Positions 7,741 to 15,971 of a DNA stretch of 35,368 bases are shown in pieces. Origin of the DNA: a virus; the IMG/VR virus record IMGVR_UViG_3300035038_000021, positions 1 through 35,368 of that record, one strand, 5' to 3'. The notes beneath the pieces are model-generated. The model worked only from the letters and a program-made list of their open reading frames with translations, was not told the DNA's origin and did no database searches. The stretch's first letter is position 1; the number at the start of each line of letters is the position of its first letter. The translations under genes and the position numbers were made by a program.

Positions 7741-8337
7741 TCACACCATTGGCAAAGTTACTGAAAGGTCGGTGCTGTTGCGTGATAGTTCGAGAATTGA
7801 ATCACTGTTGTACAAATCGGAGTTATCTTCTACATACCCCGTGGCCTCTACTCTCAATGCGATCCTTTCGCCTACTGATATTTTGAAGTCCTCCACAGAT
7901 TCCCAAAATAAGAATCCAAATGTGCTGGCAGATGATCCTACTTTCTTTGTGCCGCTAAATATAGTAGAGGATACCATACTCCGCTCAACTCCACTCGAGT
8001 CAATAACAAATACCTCCACTTCTATGCCAGTTAGGTATGCATAGAAAATACTACCAGACCCACCTTCTCCTCCTTTGATAGTTACCACGACAGAACCGCT
8101 TGCAGTACCGTCTACCATGCTCACAAAATCAATAGCTTGAGGGAATACAAACATTTCCGAGAAAATAGTAGAGTTGGATTCTGGTAATGTATAGTGAATA
8201 TCAGACACCGCAACCAAATCGCTTGCCGAATCTCCTGATTTTATTAGGATGTTTTGATGATTATTGCCTGCCCATTCGTATGACGCATCACCATAATGTT
8301 GCCCAGCGAGCGTCAGGTATGTTCTCATTTGCACCAT
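7741..8337 (-). CDS. Putative tail-tip/minor tail protein
   Basis: Immediately after the tape measure; beta-rich, Ser/Val-rich. Confidence 0.5.
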   Translation of the reverse strand: MVQMRTYLTLAGQHYGDASYEWAGNNHQNILIKSGDSASDLVAVSDIHYTLPESNSTIFSEMFVFPQAIDFVSMVDGTASGSVVVTIKGGEGGSGSIFYAYLTGIEVEVFVIDSSGVERSMVSSTIFSGTKKVGSSASTFGFLFWESVEDFKISVGERIALRVEATGYVEDNSDLYNSDSILELSRNSTDLSVTLPMV

Positions 8338-8339
8338 TA

Positions 8340-9920
8340 TTATATCCCCGTGATTGTGTTGCGATAGCCAGTCATGCCAGCAAACCCTCTTATATTTTCA
8401 TTGTCTTTGACTTCCCTTTCAGATGGAGTGCTTGACGAGAATCCGCCGCCACCACCTGCCCCGTTGACATTGACAATGATTTCCAAATTGTTAATTGATT
8501 TATTGATAGTATTTAGTTGATTCATCAAGCGAGAACGGAATGAACTGTCTGCCGATTTCATAGAATTGACTGCATTAGTTGTTGATTTTATTTCCGATGA
8601 TTTGCTGCGGGTGCTGCCCGGCTTTATGTTTGTGGATTTCGGATTAGTCGCCTTTACCCCAAGTTCCTTTGCAGAGACATACTCTCCATCACCGGAGAAA
8701 TATCCGCCTTGTGTGGCCAGTATTTCTTTGTGTCTGGCTGCTCTGGCTTCTTCTATTGATGGTTTGGCATCATCGCTTGCCTGTGCCATCTGCTCCATTG
8801 CTGCGGCGTATTGGTCGGCTGCCTGCTGGGTTCCTTTCGCGGTCTGTTTGGCTGCATCCTCTGTACTTTTGAAGGAATCCATAGAGATGTGTTCGAGTTT
8901 TTCAAAATCATACCCAAGTGCATTAAGAACAGGACGCAGGCGATTTATCATGTCTGCCCATGTATTATAAAGCCGGATTAGTGCCTTTTGTAATGGTTCA
9001 ATTATAGGTTCGATTGCCGAGAATGCTGCCTTGAGTCCTGCAATTGCGGGAGTAAGTGATACTTTGATTACTTTTGCAGCCACTTTGAATCCTGGAATTA
9101 GGTAATCATTGATTGCAGGAATAAGGTATTTGTTAAGGACTGGAATTAGGTCTACTGCAACCCGTGTGCCAAGTGCCTGCATTTGTTCTTTCAGTTTTTC
9201 TGTGCTTTGTCTGAATTTGTTAGATGCGTTAATGTTTTCTTCCGATAGCACCATACCCATTTCGTGGGCTTCCTCTTTGGCTTTTCGGATACCCTCCTCA
9301 CCCATTGCGAGAATTGGCAGCATTGCCTCGGTGTTCCTGCCGAATAGTTGAGAGGCGTAGGCATTCCGCTTGGTTGTGTCCTCCATACCTGCAAGTGATG
9401 ATTGCAACTCAGGGAGCATATCTTCCATGCTTCGCATCTGGCCGTTTGCACCATAGACTTCTACACCGAGTTCCTTGAGAACATCTACGGTTCTGCCTGT
9501 GCCCTGCTCGGACTCGATTAGTTTCCGGTTGAATACCTCAATCCCTTTGGTGAATTGGTCGTATTCCACTCCTGCCTGTGATGTGACGTGCTGATACTCC
9601 TGTAGAGTGTCCAGAGCCAGTCCAGTACGCTCATGGAGGTCGAGCATCTTGTCAGCCATGTTGCCTGCATCAGTCACGAGTTTGTATGTGGCTGCTCCGG
9701 CTGCTGTAAGTCCTGCTGCAAGTGGAAGGGCAACGGCAGATAGCCTCGCTGCTGCACCACCTGCCATTCCCATGCTGGCAGCCATTCCACCACTTTGTGA
9801 GGTGGTTCTGCCCATTGTAGATGATAGTTTGCCCATCTGGCCGTTTGCCTGTTTCACATCCTTGTTTAATGTGGATTTCAAGGACAGGTTGGCATATAGA
9901 TCGGCTATCTTTGTTGCCAT
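8340..9920 (-). CDS. Tail tape measure protein (526 aa)
   Basis: Long Ala/Gly-rich helical protein after the chaperone pair; typical TGL...LQEY, FGR and LLP...G motifs. Confidence 0.9.
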   Translation of the reverse strand: MATKIADLYANLSLKSTLNKDVKQANGQMGKLSSTMGRTTSQSGGMAASMGMAGGAAARLSAVALPLAAGLTAAGAATYKLVTDAGNMADKMLDLHERTGLALDTLQEYQHVTSQAGVEYDQFTKGIEVFNRKLIESEQGTGRTVDVLKELGVEVYGANGQMRSMEDMLPELQSSLAGMEDTTKRNAYASQLFGRNTEAMLPILAMGEEGIRKAKEEAHEMGMVLSEENINASNKFRQSTEKLKEQMQALGTRVAVDLIPVLNKYLIPAINDYLIPGFKVAAKVIKVSLTPAIAGLKAAFSAIEPIIEPLQKALIRLYNTWADMINRLRPVLNALGYDFEKLEHISMDSFKSTEDAAKQTAKGTQQAADQYAAAMEQMAQASDDAKPSIEEARAARHKEILATQGGYFSGDGEYVSAKELGVKATNPKSTNIKPGSTRSKSSEIKSTTNAVNSMKSADSSFRSRLMNQLNTINKSINNLEIIVNVNGAGGGGGFSSSTPSEREVKDNENIRGFAGMTGYRNTITGI

Positions 9921-10211
9921 TTATTTTCCTCCGATAATTGCATTCATCCCCTCTATATACTGCATTTGCTCTTCTGGAGTTTGTTCTTTCTTTTCTTTCC
10001 CCGGAGAAAACACCATGAAGTCCTCAATATCCAGATCGGGATTATCGCCCCATGCAGAAGCCATTATGAAAGATAGTTGTACCCTCTGCATATCATAACC
10101 CCTTTCCAGATCGAGTCTTGCTTTCCTGACCTGCTCAAATTCCTTGAGAGTCATGGAGTACAATTCATCCGGTGTTAATCCGCATACTCCATACGCATCT
10201 GCAGCAATCAT
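9921..10211 (-). CDS. Tail assembly chaperone C-terminal extension (lambda gpT-like), probably reached by -1 frameshift
   Basis: Lies in the -1 frame of 10232-10594 and is open from the slippery site. Confidence 0.75.
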   Translation of the reverse strand: MIAADAYGVCGLTPDELYSMTLKEFEQVRKARLDLERGYDMQRVQLSFIMASAWGDNPDLDIEDFMVFSPGKEKKEQTPEEQMQYIEGMNAIIGGK

Positions 10212-10214
10212 ATC

Positions 10215-10244
10215 GACTATCTCATCGATAGTCAGCAGTTTCCC
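10215..10244 (-). promoter_or_regulatory. Programmed -1 ribosomal frameshift signal: G GGA AAC plus 7-bp hairpin
   Basis: In-frame X XXY YYZ heptamer at 10244-10238; GACTATC-GATGA-GATAGTC stem-loop 4 nt downstream. Confidence 0.8.
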
Positions 10245-10594
10245 GAACCATCTCCGGCATTGTCGGGATCATCGGCCGGTTCAACTGTAGCAAACCCGGA
10301 TTTGATGAGTGCATCCGTAACTATTTGTGTGAGTTGAGTTACGTCTCCGTTAGATTTGTCAATCCAAGCCTGTGCAATCTCACCGGCTTTTTGTGGGCCT
10401 GCTGCACCGAGTTGCTTATCCTCGTGTTTGAGACCTGCCCACAAAAGAGCACGAAGTCCAGAAAAGGAGATCATGCCGGTTGCCAGCAGTTCCATCAGGC
10501 TCTTGCCATATACCTCTTCAAAGTCCGCCATAGCGTTTATGTCAAAGCGCAGGTTGCGCATTTTATCAAGTTCAATAGGAATAGTCTTACTCAT
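10232..10594 (-). CDS. Tail assembly chaperone (lambda gpG-like)
   Basis: Position between tail tube and tape measure; carries the slippery site at its 3' end. Confidence 0.8.
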   Translation of the reverse strand: MSKTIPIELDKMRNLRFDINAMADFEEVYGKSLMELLATGMISFSGLRALLWAGLKHEDKQLGAAGPQKAGEIAQAWIDKSNGDVTQLTQIVTDALIKSGFATVEPADDPDNAGDGSGNC

Positions 10595-11307
10595 GCCTCA
10601 GCCCTCGTAATATTGATTTTATATATTTTTGGAGATTTGTTCGCTTCCTTTACAACAATATATACTCTTGTTGTAGTTCCAGCATCGCCAAGCGTGATTG
10701 ATTCTCCGCTTCCGCTTGCCGTCTCTGCACCGTTCACATAGATAGTGCCTGCTGCTGCCGTTGGAGTGACGGTTACGGCTGTATCGAGATTATCAGCAGT
10801 AGCGGAGTATAGATATGTAGAACCACTTGCTGCAGGAGATGGAGATATACTTCCTGAATTATTGCCGGATAGTGAGAAGTATGGAGTAGTCAATCCTCCG
10901 GATCCGTTCGCTTTGATGAGCGTAGGCTTGCCGGATATTTTCAGAGTTGCGGAGAACCTAATTATGCCATCCATTGGCTGACTTGTAGCGTAAGATTTCA
11001 CATAAGCATCGAATTCCCACGCAGAATTAAGGCTGTTCGGGAATGCAAAAATGAAGTCCTGCAAAGTCCCGGCATTGTAATCTGTCAGGAGACCTTCCTG
11101 TGCATCATCTCCATAGAGGTTGCCTGTGATCTCCAATTCTCCGCCATCGACCATTCCGGGAAGGTACTCACGATATCCCACATCGGAATCGTAGTTGGTC
11201 ACTTCAAGGTCATCCACCTCTGTAGCCATCTCACCGATAGCCGTGAGTTCCCCGATCACATCCTTAGCTCGTAGAATACGAGTGTAAAGAGTATTGGTGG
11301 CAGTCAT
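10591..11307 (-). CDS. Tail tube protein paralogue 2 with C-terminal cadherin-like/Ig beta-sandwich
   Basis: N-terminal about 130 aa aligns with 11322-11720 (DGGE, DYNAGT, FDAYVK, ATLK.GKP); Thr/Ala-rich C-terminus VTVTPTA...IYVNG...YKINITRA. Confidence 0.8.
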   Translation of the reverse strand: MTATNTLYTRILRAKDVIGELTAIGEMATEVDDLEVTNYDSDVGYREYLPGMVDGGELEITGNLYGDDAQEGLLTDYNAGTLQDFIFAFPNSLNSAWEFDAYVKSYATSQPMDGIIRFSATLKISGKPTLIKANGSGGLTTPYFSLSGNNSGSISPSPAASGSTYLYSATADNLDTAVTVTPTAAAGTIYVNGAETASGSGESITLGDAGTTTRVYIVVKEANKSPKIYKINITRAEA

Positions 11308-11321
11308 AAATTACCACCTAC

Positions 11322-11720
11322 TCATGCGAATACTGGCTTGCCTGTGACTTTCAGGGTGGCTGTGAATCCGACCTTTCCATCAATAGGTGTCTGGGTAGCA
11401 AAGCCCTTGACATAGGCATCAAAAGTCCATGTGCCTATACTGCCCGGAAGCGTAATAATGGCCTCACGAGAAGTGCCTGCATTGTAATCGCTTATTAGAT
11501 TCGACTGGCCTGTATCGGATGGATAAAAATTGCCTTCGACTTCAACCTCTCCGCCATCCTTAAGCCCCTGGATATATTCCTTGTATCCGTCTGTGCTCTG
11601 ATAGTCCGTGACCTCAATGTCGTCTGCGGATGTATCAAGGTCGCCTATACTCGTGACTTCATTTACGGTTGTGCCGTTCCAACTGATTGTTGTGCCGACT
11701 GCTGCGCTTGCGTTTGACAT
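11322..11720 (-). CDS. Major tail tube protein (lambda gpV-N/TP901-1-like)
   Basis: DDIEVT...YKEYIQGLKDGGEV...WTFDAYV; position after the tail terminator gene. Confidence 0.85.
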   Translation of the reverse strand: MSNASAAVGTTISWNGTTVNEVTSIGDLDTSADDIEVTDYQSTDGYKEYIQGLKDGGEVEVEGNFYPSDTGQSNLISDYNAGTSREAIITLPGSIGTWTFDAYVKGFATQTPIDGKVGFTATLKVTGKPVFA

Positions 11721-11768
11721 GTGTATATACTCCGTATATTTCCTTTATATTGTATTTATAGTTCCTGA

Positions 11769-11781
11769 CTATTTATATATT
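11769..11781 (-). promoter_or_regulatory. Putative late promoter TATA motif AATATATAAATAG (tail tube)
   Basis: Exact 13-mer also at 21232-21244 and 26246-26258, each upstream of a structural operon. Confidence 0.6.
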
Positions 11782-12160
11782 AGGTTCTGGCTATCTGGTA
11801 GTTCTGTTTGAGAGTAATCCGCCGATTGTCATCATATCCGCCTGCCTGGAACGGTGACTGTCTGGCAAATATGTACAGATACTTGCTACCGTTGATAATT
11901 TCGTTTGAGAGTCCATGAAGTAATGTTTGTATTTCTGTGATTTTCTGGTATGCTGTCTGGTAGTTTGTACTCCTGACGTTGACCTGGATTGCCGGGTACT
12001 GAATATTGTCCGCTACCCCTATCGGTTCCCCGGCATAATCGTACAATGCCACACAGGCGCCTACATTATCCGGCATGTATGAAACATATACGACATCATC
12101 TGCACTGCCTATGCCATTATTCTCCAGATAGATTGCTATGTCTGTGGCCGGAGCGCTCAT
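11780..12160 (-). CDS. Tail terminator/completion protein
   Basis: Canonical position; P..QVNVR...AY...I...LHG pattern. Confidence 0.75.
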   Translation of the reverse strand: MSAPATDIAIYLENNGIGSADDVVYVSYMPDNVGACVALYDYAGEPIGVADNIQYPAIQVNVRSTNYQTAYQKITEIQTLLHGLSNEIINGSKYLYIFARQSPFQAGGYDDNRRITLKQNYQIART

Positions 12161-12516
12161 ATTCTCACTCCTTTAATGGCTTCAACTATTCGCTTTTCGA
12201 TGTTGCCCATGTTCTCATTGACAGGATCCTCCAAGAACTTTGCTTTGCCTTTCGGATGGTTTGCTGACAGGTTTTCGTGGACATATATCGCATATTTGGT
12301 GTTATAGCCGATTGCTACCTCGATAGATGTGTTGGAATCCGTGGTTTTCTCGACAGTACCAGACCTGCGAAGTGTGCCAGTATCAACCGGACATTGTTTG
12401 ACAGATTTGGAGAGCATATCGTTTGCACCGTCCAAAAGTGCCTGCTTTGCTGCATCCCAGCCCTTATCTTCCCACCGTGTGAGATTCCTCTCAAACACCC
12501 GCTTGCCTTCTATCAT
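12157..12516 (-). CDS. HK97 gp10-like neck/tail completion protein
   Basis: CPVDTGTLRRSG...YNTKYAIYVHE...AKFLE. Confidence 0.85.
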   Translation of the reverse strand: MIEGKRVFERNLTRWEDKGWDAAKQALLDGANDMLSKSVKQCPVDTGTLRRSGTVEKTTDSNTSIEVAIGYNTKYAIYVHENLSANHPKGKAKFLEDPVNENMGNIEKRIVEAIKGVRI

Positions 12517-12818
12517 AATTTGACCTCGCAGTACACAAAGTTGCCATCAAAATCATGTACATGAGATATTGCCAGAATAGAGATATCTTCCTCGCCGTCA
12601 ATGATTATCTTATCATTGTAATCAATATCTGCAGCAACGTAAACGGTTGATTCAGAGACCACTTCTCTTCCCTCTGCATCCTTGACCATGTCTATTTTTT
12701 CCTGAATCCTTGCAGGATATTCTGTTGTTGCTCCGTAGGAATATGCACCGTACCTGTCACGACTGCCTGCTTTGGCAACCTCGATTGTCTGGTTGAGCAT
12801 GTGCGAGATATCAGTCAT
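12513..12818 (-). CDS. Head closure protein (SPP1 gp16-like)
   Basis: Canonical position; size and beta-rich pattern. Confidence 0.7.
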   Translation of the reverse strand: MTDISHMLNQTIEVAKAGSRDRYGAYSYGATTEYPARIQEKIDMVKDAEGREVVSESTVYVAADIDYNDKIIIDGEEDISILAISHVHDFDGNFVYCEVKL

Positions 12819-13266
12819 AGAGATTTGCTCCCGTTATGTCCACATCGTTGGAGTCATAAGGCACGTAGTTGCCAGACCTGTCCGGCATCACTCCCTGCAT
12901 GGTAGCATCCGCTCGCATTATTCCGCTTGATGGTTGACTCCCTGCGGATTTGTTGCTTGTCTGGAGTATTTCTTCATACATCTGCTTCCATTGCGTTTTC
13001 ATCGGGTTGGCTTTCTTGTAGGATACGTCTCCTATCTTCTCGCTTTCCCTGCCTGCAGATGCTTTCATTCGCTCGACATAATCTGCCACCAGGTAGATGA
13101 CTGCCCTGTCATAGAACGTGCTTTGTATTCCGTCTGTGTTTGCATGTACTTGCGCCCATTCATGCAATATGTCAAAGGTATTGATGCTGATAGAATCCTC
13201 TGCATCCTCACCGACTGTGTATAGGTTGCCTGTGACCATGCCGAGCATGTCTGCTGTTGCTGTCAT
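12811..13266 (-). CDS. Head-tail adaptor protein
   Basis: A..YLVA...ESEKIGDVSY...W motif; first of the four connector genes. Confidence 0.7.
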   Translation of the reverse strand: MTATADMLGMVTGNLYTVGEDAEDSISINTFDILHEWAQVHANTDGIQSTFYDRAVIYLVADYVERMKASAGRESEKIGDVSYKKANPMKTQWKQMYEEILQTSNKSAGSQPSSGIMRADATMQGVMPDRSGNYVPYDSNDVDITGANLYD

Positions 13267-14312
13267 TGTTCCTCCTGCATATCTAATGCCATTATGAAAT
13301 CGTCATGTGTTATCTTGCGCCTCTTGCCTGTCTGTAGTGTTTCCTGTAGTGGGATGTATGCTGCATTCTCACATAATGCCGATATATCCGCTCCGCTATA
13401 CCCTTCTGTCAGCAATGCTAGTTCTTCTATATCCACATCACTTGCTACAGGTCGTTTTTTTGTATGGATTTTGAGGATAGCCGCCCTGCCTATCTGGTCT
13501 GGCAGGGGAATGTAGATGTGTCTGCCAAATCTGCCGTGTCGCAGGAGAGCAGGATCAAGAATATCAAACATGTTGGTTGCTGCCATTACGAGAATGTTCG
13601 AACAATCGCTATCAACTCCATCCATCTGTGCAAGGAGTTCATTGACAACACGTTTTGCGAATGGTTCTGCGCTTGCTCTGTTGCTTGCGATACTGTCAAT
13701 CTCGTCAAAAAAGATTATGGCCTTTTCTTCCTGTCTTGCCTGCTCGAATACTTCACGGATCTGTTTTTCTGCCTCGCCTACATACCTGCTGACAATGTCC
13801 GAGGTCTTAACGTTGTAGAATTTTGCATCGCATTCTCCTGCTGTGGCCTTTGCTATCATTGTTTTGCCACAACCAGGAGATCCGTGCAGAAGAATGCCAC
13901 CGCCGGCATTAATTTGATAAAAGTCATAAATTTCAGGATGTGTGAAGGGATGAATAATCATGTTCTGGATTTGTCGTTTTGTAGATTCCAATCCGCCAAT
14001 GTCCGCAAATTTAATATTGCTTGACGTAGGATTGATAATTATACGTTCTGTATCTTCGCCAGATGAGAGCGTGTGTGTCTTTCGTAGAGGTGTGCATAAG
14101 TTGCTTGCCATCGCTTCGAAGTGTTGCGACATAGCCTTACAGGATTCAGCCTCTTTCGCCGAGGGCGCTGATTGTGCAGCAGTTTGGAAGCATTTAGCAC
14201 TTTTTCTATACGCCTCCACGGCCTTAGCCCTGTTTTCATTATCACAAAAAGATTTAGCAGCATGGGCATATCCTCTGCCCCGTGCTGCCATTGCGGTATA
14301 GTTTGCACTCAA
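13263..14312 (-). CDS. vps4: Vps4/CdvC-like AAA+ ATPase with N-terminal MIT-like domain (TTG start)
   Basis: Single AAA domain: Walker A GSPGCGKT, pore loop SRYVG, Walker B IIFFDE, SRH AATN...LDPALLRHGRF. The N-terminal three-helix segment RGYAHAA...AVEAYRKSA resembles archaeal Vps4 MIT. The AAA call is secure; Vps4 orthology is less so. Confidence 0.75.
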   Translation of the reverse strand: MSANYTAMAARGRGYAHAAKSFCDNENRAKAVEAYRKSAKCFQTAAQSAPSAKEAESCKAMSQHFEAMASNLCTPLRKTHTLSSGEDTERIIINPTSSNIKFADIGGLESTKRQIQNMIIHPFTHPEIYDFYQINAGGGILLHGSPGCGKTMIAKATAGECDAKFYNVKTSDIVSRYVGEAEKQIREVFEQARQEEKAIIFFDEIDSIASNRASAEPFAKRVVNELLAQMDGVDSDCSNILVMAATNMFDILDPALLRHGRFGRHIYIPLPDQIGRAAILKIHTKKRPVASDVDIEELALLTEGYSGADISALCENAAYIPLQETLQTGKRRKITHDDFIMALDMQEEQ

Positions 14313-14902
14313 TCAACCAGCTCCTCATCCATATCCGCAAACTCATTCATGCCCTGCTCGCTCTGTATTTCAGCGAGTAGTTCATCCTGAAGTTCATCAT
14401 TGTCGAGTTCTACGCTTCCCGACATTGCCACATCCATAGAGGTATTGAAAAGTTCTGACGCTTTGTCAACTTCCTCCATGCTTGTGCGGATATTGCCTGC
14501 AACCTGCTCGATCTCATCAATGTCTATCCCCAGATTCTTCTGAATATCGGTTAGGCTCTCGCCTATTTCCATTATTTCAGAAACGTTCTCTTGAAGGTCG
14601 ATGGTATCTTTCATCTTGGAATACTTCTCTTGCATTCCGTTTGTAGTATCCAGTTGCTTCTTTAGCATCTGGAATCTACGAGAATGAGATTTGTACCCCT
14701 TATCGTCTCCCTTTTTGAGAGCGGTCTTTGCTGCTTCCCTGGTCTGCTGGAGTTGCTTATTCAGCGTTTTCTCCTTGCCATCCAGTTTGGCGATAGCAAA
14801 TTCAATCTTGCGGATAGTCTTTTGTTTGTCGATAGGTTGCGGAGCTGGCGGTTCGGATTTCCCCAGGCTCTTATTTACGAATCCTTTAAGTTTGTCCATC
14901 AT
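14309..14902 (-). CDS. snf7: ESCRT-III (Snf7/CdvB-like) protein
   Basis: N-terminal amphipathic helix, basic helical hairpin (AAKTALKKGD), GIDIDEIEQ and ELDNDELQDEL motifs and an acidic tail, collinear with Snf7/CHMP4. Confidence 0.8.
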   Translation of the reverse strand: MMDKLKGFVNKSLGKSEPPAPQPIDKQKTIRKIEFAIAKLDGKEKTLNKQLQQTREAAKTALKKGDDKGYKSHSRRFQMLKKQLDTTNGMQEKYSKMKDTIDLQENVSEIMEIGESLTDIQKNLGIDIDEIEQVAGNIRTSMEEVDKASELFNTSMDVAMSGSVELDNDELQDELLAEIQSEQGMNEFADMDEELVD

Positions 14903-14924
14903 TCCGCCACTCCTTCTTCCGGAT

Positions 14925-15239
14925 TTACTTTGACAGGCTTTTCTTTTTTATGGCGTTCTCAACGCCCTTGTAGATTTCTTCTTTCTGCTCGGGTGTTATG
15001 CCATCCTTGCGAGCATCAGCAATTTCTATCTGCTGTTTGGCTCTCATAATGGTACGAGAAAGGTCATCAACGTCAGCATTGTCAATAATGTTGAGCGCTT
15101 TGCCTGCGGGATCCGCCCGAGCAAGCCTTTTGGCAAGTACCAATATGTTCTTGTTGTACAGCCCTATCAATACAAAAAACAAAACCAACAGTTCGGGCCC
15201 GACTGTCAGTACGGATTCTACAATTGTAGCAAATTCCAT
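14925..15239 (-). CDS. Single-pass membrane protein with cytoplasmic helical tail
   Basis: Hydrophobic stretch LLVLFFVLIGLY...ILVLA followed by a charged helical region; GGAGG RBS. Confidence 0.75.
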   Translation of the reverse strand: MEFATIVESVLTVGPELLVLFFVLIGLYNKNILVLAKRLARADPAGKALNIIDNADVDDLSRTIMRAKQQIEIADARKDGITPEQKEEIYKGVENAIKKKSLSK

Positions 15240-15280
15240 ATATTTTCCTCCATAGTTGTTAAGACTGGCTATTTGCCTGC

Positions 15281-15311
15281 CTATATAAGATATAGTTGCA
15301 GACTATATAAA
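15281..15311 (-). promoter_or_regulatory. Tandem archaeal TATA boxes upstream of the membrane protein/ESCRT genes
   Basis: TTTATATAG (15311-15303) and TTATATAG (15288-15281) on the coding strand. Confidence 0.45.
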
Positions 15312-15315
15312 TGTG

Positions 15316-15561
15316 TTATGACATTTTCGCTAATTTTAGAATCTTATTAACCCAACTATTCGCAGTTAGCCCAAAAAAGAGTGCAGCATACCAACTGGAA
15401 TCGGGGAATACTGCGTCATAACACATGGCTGTGATGGTCATTGCAATCATGAGAACGGATAGGTAATGACTATTGTAATGTATATCAGGTTTCTTCTTTT
15501 TGGCTATACGATACCCTATTGTGTGATAGAGCAATTCCCCGAAAAGCGCAACGTAGAACAT
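15316..15561 (-). CDS. Small multi-pass membrane protein (holin-like)
   Basis: 81 aa with 2-3 hydrophobic segments and a basic C-terminus; TTTTATATAT 24-33 nt upstream of the ATG. Confidence 0.6.
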   Translation of the reverse strand: MFYVALFGELLYHTIGYRIAKKKKPDIHYNSHYLSVLMIAMTITAMCYDAVFPDSSWYAALFFGLTANSWVNKILKLAKMS

Positions 15562-15686
15562 AAATATATATATGCCTCAAAAGGATATATAAAAGTATAG
15601 TCGATGTGGCTAAGGCTTGATACACGTCAGACTGGTTTGCAGAATAGAATTAAAAGGGTGGTGGGTTGCACTTCCACCTTATTTTT

Positions 15687-15971
15687 TTAAGAATAGTTAG
15701 GATAAATATAAATGCTGTCGGTTTCTCCCCGCCATTCTCCTGATCCTGTGGATATCAATGCCTGCATATAGTAAGTGCCTGATTGGTCTAGGTCATCTTC
15801 TGCAAGTGTGTATTTGAGTTTTGTTTCATCATATACGTTGGTATCCCACTCTACTTTTGTGCCGTCGGGTTTGCGGACAAGTATTTTTGATGTAGTAGCC
15901 CCTTCTATATCGCTGCCTGTGTCGATAATAATGTTTGTTCCTGTTTCCCCTACGTAATGCTTGCCCGCCAT
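15687..15971 (-). CDS. BppU N-terminal-like small structural protein
   Basis: ILVRKPDG...W...LKY...DLDQSGTYYMQA pattern. Confidence 0.6.
   Translation of the reverse strand: MAGKHYVGETGTNIIIDTGSDIEGATTSKILVRKPDGTKVEWDTNVYDETKLKYTLAEDDLDQSGTYYMQALISTGSGEWRGETDSIYIYPNYS

Noticed and set aside
13263-14312. Ordinary CDC48, FtsH or PAN
   Set aside because: Only one AAA domain, no double-psi barrel, TM/protease or OB domain, and an MIT-like N-terminus coupled to an ESCRT-III-like gene; the CDC48-like SRH motif is kept as a caveat.
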